27,117 nt of DNA from a virus (Duplodnaviria > Heunggongvirae > Uroviricota > Caudoviricetes): IMG/VR virus record IMGVR_UViG_2693429719_000003; one strand, given 5' to 3'. Both the position numbers and the translations under genes were made by a program. Shown one piece after another: positions 21,060 through 27,117 of this stretch (its first letter is position 1; every line of letters begins with the position of its first letter). The notes beneath the pieces are model-generated. The model was given only the letters and a program-made list of their open reading frames with translations, was not told the DNA's origin and ran no database searches.

Positions 21060-21455
21060 TCACATTTCATAGGTAATGACATAAGTCAGATCGGCAGAAC
21101 TCCACAGGCCCGCATCATCGTCGCGCCGGTAGTCATAGCCACTGGCCACCATACTGGTGATCAAATCTGACAGTGCCGGGATATCGCTCATCACCGGATA
21201 AATCCGGGACTCCATCCACGAATCCAGCTCTGAATCCGGCACCTGAGCAGGCAGGAAAACTTCAATATGCAGCTCCGCCTGCCAGGTATCGCTGTCCAGC
21301 TCTTCGCCCGTGTATTCAGCGCCGGTGAGATAAACGGCAACTGCCGGAAAATCCTCCTCATCAAAAACAGCGGGGCGACCATCAAAAAGCGTCGCCCCGG
21401 TGTCATGTTTTTCCAGTGTATCCAGTACGGCTGCACGGAGTTCTGTATGTTTCAT
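21060..21455 (-). CDS. U: tail terminator protein U
   Basis: 131 aa, matching lambda gpU. Confidence 0.95.
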   Translation of the reverse strand: MKHTELRAAVLDTLEKHDTGATLFDGRPAVFDEEDFPAVAVYLTGAEYTGEELDSDTWQAELHIEVFLPAQVPDSELDSWMESRIYPVMSDIPALSDLITSMVASGYDYRRDDDAGLWSSADLTYVITYEM

Positions 21456-22030
21456 CGCTTTATTACCATCCTCAGTTGATGCTGCAGCGCATAGCCCAGC
21501 TCTTTCGGAAGACGTTCACGCCGTATCCGCTCAATATTCTGTTTAAACGCCGTGGTCAGCGGCACTGCCATCGGGATTTTCACCACATCAATGGGGTAAC
21601 GGTTTTTCCCGGCCACACGCTGCATGACATGCCACCGGCCATTTTTCAGTTGCTGAATAAACGCGCCGGGAATACGACGGTTTCCCACCACAAGCACGCT
21701 GCCGCCACCTTTCAGGGATGAACGCTGCCCCTTTTTACGACGCCTGCGGCGCGAAAGGACAACCCGCGCATTACCCAGCCTGATTACGGGCAAATCCCCC
21801 CGGTTAACCTTGATTCTGGCCTGCGGATTTTTGACCGTGGCCCTTTTCAGCCTGGCCCTTTCCTTTACCAGTTTCCGGCGTACCTTTGTCTCACGGGCAA
21901 CCTGTGACGCCGACTGCGATATCGCGGATGAAGCAACGCGGTTAATGGCCATTGCGGCGGCACCGGGCACCGCCGTTCTGCTGATACGGCTGAGGTTTTC
22001 AACGGCCTGCTCAAGACCTTTTATGGCCAT
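21452..22030 (-). CDS. Z: tail completion protein Z
   Basis: 192 aa, matching lambda gpZ. Confidence 0.95.
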   Translation of the reverse strand: MAIKGLEQAVENLSRISRTAVPGAAAMAINRVASSAISQSASQVARETKVRRKLVKERARLKRATVKNPQARIKVNRGDLPVIRLGNARVVLSRRRRRKKGQRSSLKGGGSVLVVGNRRIPGAFIQQLKNGRWHVMQRVAGKNRYPIDVVKIPMAVPLTTAFKQNIERIRRERLPKELGYALQHQLRMVIKR

Positions 22031-22041
22031 ACATCCCCCTT

Positions 22042-22395
22042 TCAGCGGCGACGGTTAACGGCAGGCGGTACGCCCCGCCCAAGCCAGAGATGACAGCTTC
22101 CGCCATCATCCGGCGAAATCCGGTCTATCCAGAAGTTTTCCTCACCGATGGTCAGCGTGTCGCCGCGCCGCAGCTGCCGCACATCATCAGTCCGGACAAA
22201 CAGGGACGGGCTGGAGCCTTCAACGCGCACGCCCTGTCCGGCATAGCTGATATTTTCAGGGTCATCAAAAACACCACGTATCACAGCACCGGACTGCTCA
22301 CCGGATGTCATGGTGGCTGACGTTCCCATGTACCCGCGTATCGTTTCATCGGCGCGGGCAATGGCAGCATCGAACAGGTTATCGAAATCAGCCAC
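22042..22395 (-). CDS. FII: head-tail joining protein FII
   Basis: 117 aa, matching lambda gpFII. Confidence 0.95.
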   Translation of the reverse strand: MADFDNLFDAAIARADETIRGYMGTSATMTSGEQSGAVIRGVFDDPENISYAGQGVRVEGSSPSLFVRTDDVRQLRRGDTLTIGEENFWIDRISPDDGGSCHLWLGRGVPPAVNRRR

Positions 22396-22406
22396 AGCGC
22401 CTCCCG

Positions 22407-22802
22407 TTATTGCATTCTGGCCAGGCCGCGCTCTGTCATTTCAGCTGCCACACCGGCAGAGACACGGAACGCCGTTCCCGGCAGCACAAATGCCACAGCC
22501 TCATCCCGCGTGGCGTGAAGTGCATCAGTATGCAGCGTCACCAGTGCCACAACCGTGACCAGATCAGCCGTATCAGTCACGGTATCCGGCTGCGCTGATA
22601 CAACCTCATTTTCATGTCCGGTCAGCGCATTTTCCGGGCTGACAGATGTGTCCTGACCAGCAGCGTCATCCGTGTCATCAAGCTCCTCTTCCAGCTCTGC
22701 CACACGGAGTGCCAGTTCTTCTTTCGTCCCCGTCAGGCTGACATCACGGTTCAGTTGCTCACCCAGCACCTGAAGACGGGCAATCAGTTCATCTTTCGTC
22801 AT
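22407..22802 (-). CDS. Fi: head assembly / DNA packaging protein Fi
   Basis: Start at the ATG 22800-22802 (MTKDELIARL...) preceded by a GGAGGAG Shine-Dalgarno; 131 aa; matches lambda gpFi. Confidence 0.9.
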   Translation of the reverse strand: MTKDELIARLQVLGEQLNRDVSLTGTKEELALRVAELEEELDDTDDAAGQDTSVSPENALTGHENEVVSAQPDTVTDTADLVTVVALVTLHTDALHATRDEAVAFVLPGTAFRVSAGVAAEMTERGLARMQ

Positions 22803-22843
22803 GGACTCCTCCACAGAGAGAAAATGGCCCCGAAGGGCCATGA

Positions 22844-23869
22844 TTACGCCAGTTGTACGGACACGAACGCATCAGGGTCAGCCAGCAGCATCAGCGGTGC
22901 TGACTGAATCATGGTGAACTCACGCGCCGGATCGCCGGTGGTCACCCAGTTTTTCGGGTAGCGGGCAGAGGCGTTAATACCTTCGCGCTGTGCGTCCGCA
23001 TCCTGAATGCAGCCATAGGTGCGCAGACCGCGTGCCTGAGTGTTCCCCAGCACCATCGTGTTGTCCGGCAGGAAGTTCTTTTTGACGTCGTTTTCCACGT
23101 ACTGTCCGGAATACACGACGATCGCCGTATCGCCATACATCCCCTTATAGGACACCGCTTCGCCCAGGTCTTTTACCGCTGTCTCCAGCTCGGAATGAGA
23201 GCCGCGACGGGTATCCAGCTTCTCCCTGACGGCTTTGAAGGAACGGAACAGCGCCCAGCCTTTCGGGTCAAACACGATGATATTCACCACGCCGCTGGCG
23301 TTCAGCGCGTAGGCTTCGATATCGTCGGTCGGGTCATACGTGGACTTGTCACGCTTGCTCCACTCCGTGCCGCCGGACTGCGTGATATTGTTCGCCGCAC
23401 TGCGGCCCATATCCACCTCAACCGGATCGAAGGCTTCACCGGTCATGGTGTATTTGCCCTTAAGCACGGCAGAAACTGCCTGCATCTCTTCGACCTGAGC
23501 AATGGCCAGCTCTTCGTCACGCATGTTCTGCATGATGATGCGACGGCGGCGGTAAGCCGGGTCCGCCAGACTCTGCGGATCTTCATCCGGCAGGCGACGC
23601 AGGGTCATCTGCGGATTCACTTCATGCTTGGGTTTGACATATCCCGGCGTAAATTCAGAGGTGGAGCCGCCACGGGAACGGATAACCTCACCGGAAACAA
23701 TCGGCGAAACGTACAGCGCCATGTTTACCAGTCCCGGAATTTGTGAGAGATAGACTTTCTCCGTAGTGAAGGGATAGCTCTCACGGAAAAAGAGACGCAG
23801 AAACAGCGGATCAAACTTAAATTTCTGCTCATTTGCCGCCAGCAGCTGGGCGGTTGTGTACATCGACAT
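22844..23869 (-). CDS. E: major capsid protein E
   Basis: 341 aa from the ATG at 23867-23869 (MSMYTTAQLLAANEQ...); matches lambda gpE. Confidence 0.97.
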   Translation of the reverse strand: MSMYTTAQLLAANEQKFKFDPLFLRLFFRESYPFTTEKVYLSQIPGLVNMALYVSPIVSGEVIRSRGGSTSEFTPGYVKPKHEVNPQMTLRRLPDEDPQSLADPAYRRRRIIMQNMRDEELAIAQVEEMQAVSAVLKGKYTMTGEAFDPVEVDMGRSAANNITQSGGTEWSKRDKSTYDPTDDIEAYALNASGVVNIIVFDPKGWALFRSFKAVREKLDTRRGSHSELETAVKDLGEAVSYKGMYGDTAIVVYSGQYVENDVKKNFLPDNTMVLGNTQARGLRTYGCIQDADAQREGINASARYPKNWVTTGDPAREFTMIQSAPLMLLADPDAFVSVQLA

Positions 23870-23924
23870 AAAAAAATCCCGTAAAAAAAGCCGCACAGGC
23901 AGCCTTTAGTGATGAAGGGTAAAG

Positions 23925-24257
23925 TTAAACGATGCTGATTGCCGTTCCGGCAAACGCGGTCCGTTTTTTCGTCTCGTCGCTGGCAGCCCCCGGCCAGAGC
24001 ACATCCTCATAACGGAACGTGCCGGACTTGTAGAACGTCAGCGTGGTGCTGGTCTGGTCAGCATCAACCGCCAGAATGCCAACGGCAGCACCGTCGGTGG
24101 TGCCATCCCACGCAACCAGCTTACGGGTGGAGGTATCCAGCATCAGCGGGGTCATTGCAGGCGCTTTCGCACTCAATCCGCCGGGCGCGGTTGCCGTATG
24201 TGCCGGGTCACTGTTGCCCAGCGGCTGGTAATGGGTAAAGGTTTCTTTGCTCGTCAT
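23925..24257 (-). CDS. D: capsid decoration protein D
   Basis: 110 aa from the ATG at 24255-24257 ([12 protein letters not shown]...); matches lambda gpD. Confidence 0.95.
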   Translation of the reverse strand: MTSKETFTHYQPLGNSDPAHTATAPGGLSAKAPAMTPLMLDTSTRKLVAWDGTTDGAAVGILAVDADQTSTTLTFYKSGTFRYEDVLWPGAASDETKKRTAFAGTAISIV

Positions 24258-24266
24258 AAACATCCC

Positions 24267-24872
24267 TTACACTGGTGTGTTCAGCAAATCGTTAACGGCA
24301 TCAGATGCCGGGTTACCTGCAGCCAGCGGTGCCGGTGCCCCCTGCATCAGACGATCCAGCGCAGTGTCACTGCGCGCCTGTGCACTCTGTGGTGCAGCTG
24401 CCAGAATGCGGCGGGCCGTTTCCACGGTCATACCGGGGGTTTCGGCCAGCACGCGTGCCTGTTCTTCGCGTCCGTGAGCCTCCTCACAGTTGAGGATCCC
24501 CATAATGCGACTGTTTTCTGCCGCAACCGCTGCGGTGATCTGCGCGTTCACGTCCGGCTGCGCAGCGCTGGCGTGCTCGCCCTCCGTCGCTTGCACCACG
24601 CCAGTAACGTCAGCCTGCGAAGCAGTGGCTGAAACAGTTGTTGATTGAGTCTCTTTGGTCATTCGCCCTCCTGAGAGACGGGATTTACGTGCATCCAGTG
24701 CATCACGCATGACGGTGATCGCATCGGTACTGTTAACAAGTTCATCAGCCAGTCCGGCATCAATGGCTTCCTGACCGCTGTACACTGCAGCCTCGGTATC
24801 CAGCACAGCCTGCACGGACAGGCCGGTATATGCCGACACCTTCTGTGCAAACATCCGGCGGGTTGCATCCAT
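24267..24872 (-). CDS. nu3: scaffolding protein Nu3 (nested, in frame within the 3' part of C)
   Basis: Internal Met at C residue 239 (MDATRRMFAQKV...) gives a 201-aa product. This is inferred from the known lambda C/Nu3 arrangement, not from an independent signal in the sequence. Confidence 0.6.
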   Translation of the reverse strand: MDATRRMFAQKVSAYTGLSVQAVLDTEAAVYSGQEAIDAGLADELVNSTDAITVMRDALDARKSRLSGGRMTKETQSTTVSATASQADVTGVVQATEGEHASAAQPDVNAQITAAVAAENSRIMGILNCEEAHGREEQARVLAETPGMTVETARRILAAAPQSAQARSDTALDRLMQGAPAPLAAGNPASDAVNDLLNTPV

Positions 24873-25586
24873 CCGGGACTGCAGTGTTTCCCGGACATCA
24901 TCCGGTAGATGGCTGTAGGGGTTGCCATCCACCTTATGGCTGCCGCTGTAAATCAGCGTGATTTCCACGCCCTGTTTCTCCAGCGCAGCACCGTAATTAC
25001 TGTGAGCCATCATGACGCCGATGGAGCCTGTCCGGGCGGTCTGCGTGACCAGACGCCGGGAGGCGGCGCTGGCAAGCAACTGACCTGCACTGCAGTTCAT
25101 GTCGTTGGCCAGCGCCCATACCGGCTTTATGTCACGCACACGGGCGATGATGTCAGCGCAGTCAAATGCCCCTGCCACCATCCCGCCTGGCGTATCCATA
25201 TCGAGCAGAATGCCGTCCACCATCGGGTCGCTGGCAGCCTGTTGCAGACGGGCGATAATGCCGTTGTAACCGGTCATCCCCGAATATGGCTGCAGCGCCC
25301 GCGTCCGACTGACCAGCGTGCCGGAAACCGGCAGCACGGCGATGCCGTTCATGACCTGATAACTGCGGGCCTGTCGTGGTCCGTCATCATCACCGGATAA
25401 CGCCAGCGCCGCGGGTGCCTCTCCGGCAGTCAGGCTGTCGCCGGATACCGCATCCGTCAGGCGGCTGATCCCAAGCTGGCCTGCAAGCGCACAAAAGAAA
25501 ACCCGCGCATAGGCGGGTTCAAGCATCAGCGGCTCATTAAAGGCCATACTGGCAATATGCGGGAGATTACGCAGCTCTGCTGTCAC
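24267..25586 (-). CDS. C: capsid assembly protease C (S49/ClpP-like)
   Basis: 439 aa from the GTG at 25584-25586 (MTAELRNLPHIAS...); overlaps the 3' end of B by 20 nt, as in lambda. Confidence 0.95.
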   Translation of the reverse strand: MTAELRNLPHIASMAFNEPLMLEPAYARVFFCALAGQLGISRLTDAVSGDSLTAGEAPAALALSGDDDGPRQARSYQVMNGIAVLPVSGTLVSRTRALQPYSGMTGYNGIIARLQQAASDPMVDGILLDMDTPGGMVAGAFDCADIIARVRDIKPVWALANDMNCSAGQLLASAASRRLVTQTARTGSIGVMMAHSNYGAALEKQGVEITLIYSGSHKVDGNPYSHLPDDVRETLQSRMDATRRMFAQKVSAYTGLSVQAVLDTEAAVYSGQEAIDAGLADELVNSTDAITVMRDALDARKSRLSGGRMTKETQSTTVSATASQADVTGVVQATEGEHASAAQPDVNAQITAAVAAENSRIMGILNCEEAHGREEQARVLAETPGMTVETARRILAAAPQSAQARSDTALDRLMQGAPAPLAAGNPASDAVNDLLNTPV

Positions 25587-27117
25587 TCTTCTCCTCCTCT
25601 GTTGATTGTCGCAGCCCGGATTCAAATGCCGCAGCCGCCCAGGCGGGCGGTTTAAGACCAGCCGCGCGGCGCTCCATCGTTTCACGGACCTGCTGGGCAA
25701 AAATTTCCTGATAGTCATCGCCGCGTTTTGCACACTCTTTCTCGTAGGTACTCAGCCCGGCTTCTATCAGCATCACCGCTTCCTGAACTTCTTTCAGACC
25801 ATCGATGGCCATACGACCGGAGCCTATCCAGTCGCAATTCCCCCAGGCACTGCGGGCTTCCTGAAAACTGAAACGCGCTTTTGAAGGTAACGTCACCACG
25901 CGGCGAACGATGGCCTCTTCCAGCCAGCACAGAAACATCTGGCTCGCCTGACGGGATGCGACGAATTTTCGCCGCCCCATAAAGTACGCCCACGACTCGT
26001 TCGCACTGGCCCGTGCCGTGGAGTAGCTCATCTGGGCGTAATTCCGGGAAAGCTGCTCATACGAGACACCCAGCCCGGCAGCGATATACCGCAGCAGTGA
26101 CTGCTCAAACACGGAGTAGCCGTTATCCGTGTCCTGAGCCGTCTGCAGGTTCAGTGAGTCACCTGGCATCAGGTGTGGCACTTTTGCGCCTCCCAGCCGG
26201 ACCGGCGCTGCGGCGTAATACGCGGCAATTTCACCAATCCAGCCCGTCAGCCTTTCCCGCTGCTCCTGACTGTTCGCGCCCAGAATAAAATCCATCGCTG
26301 ACTGCGTATCCAGCTCACTCTCAATGGTGGCGGCATACATCGCCTTCACAATGGCGCTCTGCAGCTGCGTGTTCTGCAGCGTGTCGAGCATCTTCATCTG
26401 CTCCATCACGCTGTAAAACACATTTGCACCGCGAGTCTGCCCGTCCTCCACGGGTTCAAAAACGTGAATGAACGAGGCGCGCCCGCCGGGTAACACACGG
26501 GGTATCCATGTCCATTTCTGCGGCATCCAGCCAGGATACCCGTCCTCGCTGACGTAATATCCCAGCGCAGCACCGCTGTCATTAATCTGCACTCCGGCAC
26601 GGCAGTTCCGGCTGTCGCCGGTATTGTTCGGGTTGCTGATGCGCTTCGGGCTGACCATCCGGAACTGTGTCCGGAAAAGCCGCGACGAACTGGTATCCCA
26701 GGTGGCCTGAACGAACAGTTCACCGTTAAAGGCGTGCATGGCCACACCTTCCCGAATCATCATGGTAAACGTGCGTTTTCGCTCAACGTCAATGCAGCAG
26801 CAGTCATCCTCGGCAAACTCTTTCCATGCCGCTTCAACCTCGCGGGAAAAGGCACGGGCTTCTTCCTCCCCGATGCCCAGATAGCGCCAGCTTGGGCGAT
26901 GACTGAGCCGGAAAAAAGACCCGACGATATGATCCTGATGCAGCTGGATGGCGTTGGCAGCATAGCCGTTATTGCGTACCAGATCGTCTGCGCGGGCATT
27001 GCCACGGGTAAAGTTGGGCAGCAGGGCTGCATCCACACTTTCACCCGGTGGGTTCCACGCCCGCAACTGCCCTCCAAATCCGCTGCCACCGCCGTGATAA
27101 CCGGCATATTCGCGCAG
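25567..27117 (-). CDS. B: portal protein B (partial; 5' end lies beyond the window edge)
   Basis: The reading frame is open to base 27117 (...LREYAGYHGGGSGFGGQLRAWNPP...); the first 17 or so codons of lambda gpB are missing from the window. Stop is TAA at 25567-25569. Confidence 0.95.
   Translation of the reverse strand: MREYAGYHGGGSGFGGQLRAWNPPGESVDAALLPNFTRGNARADDLVRNNGYAANAIQLHQDHIVGSFFRLSHRPSWRYLGIGEEEARAFSREVEAAWKEFAEDDCCCIDVERKRTFTMMIREGVAMHAFNGELFVQATWDTSSSRLFRTQFRMVSPKRISNPNNTGDSRNCRAGVQINDSGAALGYYVSEDGYPGWMPQKWTWIPRVLPGGRASFIHVFEPVEDGQTRGANVFYSVMEQMKMLDTLQNTQLQSAIVKAMYAATIESELDTQSAMDFILGANSQEQRERLTGWIGEIAAYYAAAPVRLGGAKVPHLMPGDSLNLQTAQDTDNGYSVFEQSLLRYIAAGLGVSYEQLSRNYAQMSYSTARASANESWAYFMGRRKFVASRQASQMFLCWLEEAIVRRVVTLPSKARFSFQEARSAWGNCDWIGSGRMAIDGLKEVQEAVMLIEAGLSTYEKECAKRGDDYQEIFAQQVRETMERRAAGLKPPAWAAAAFESGLRQSTEEEKSDSRAA

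Noticed and set aside
26760-27107. 115-aa minus-strand ORF at the window edge
   Set aside because: It is an alternative frame overlapping the 5' part of the portal gene B, whose lambda-matching frame is open to the window edge.

Overview
This 27.1 kb window covers the attR-side end of a lambda-like prophage integrated in the isocitrate dehydrogenase gene (icd). On the minus strand, from 27117 down to 6885, it carries an almost complete lambda-type late morphogenesis block: portal B (5' end cut by the window edge), C/Nu3, D, E, Fi, FII, Z, U, V, G and G-T (with the GGGAAAG -1 frameshift site), H, M, L, K, I, J, lom, stf and tfa. The translations match phage lambda proteins as I recall them, almost residue for residue; stf is longer than in lambda. 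Left of tfa (1875-6781) lies an AT-rich cargo island of four plus-strand ORFs, opposite in orientation to the late genes, to which I cannot assign a function: a 169-aa protein with an Rx4H HEPN-like motif, a 411-aa protein with an HExxH zinc-peptidase motif, a 400-aa protein with a DUF4236-like N-terminus plus coiled coil, and a 262-aa DUF2971-like protein. This slot corresponds to the nonessential b region (ea47/ea31/ea59) of lambda and to pin-mcrA in e14, a recognised variable cargo and anti-phage defence hotspot, so it is my best candidate for an undescribed system. Further left are a (GCCCGT)x4 repeat, a truncated and frameshifted IS903-group element with an intact terminal inverted repeat, candidate att arm sites, the icd 3' duplication with its terminator (the prophage/host junction), and a host DUF1398 gene. 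All functional calls for the cargo genes are inferred from short motifs; no searches were run, and domain names and lambda comparisons are from memory.
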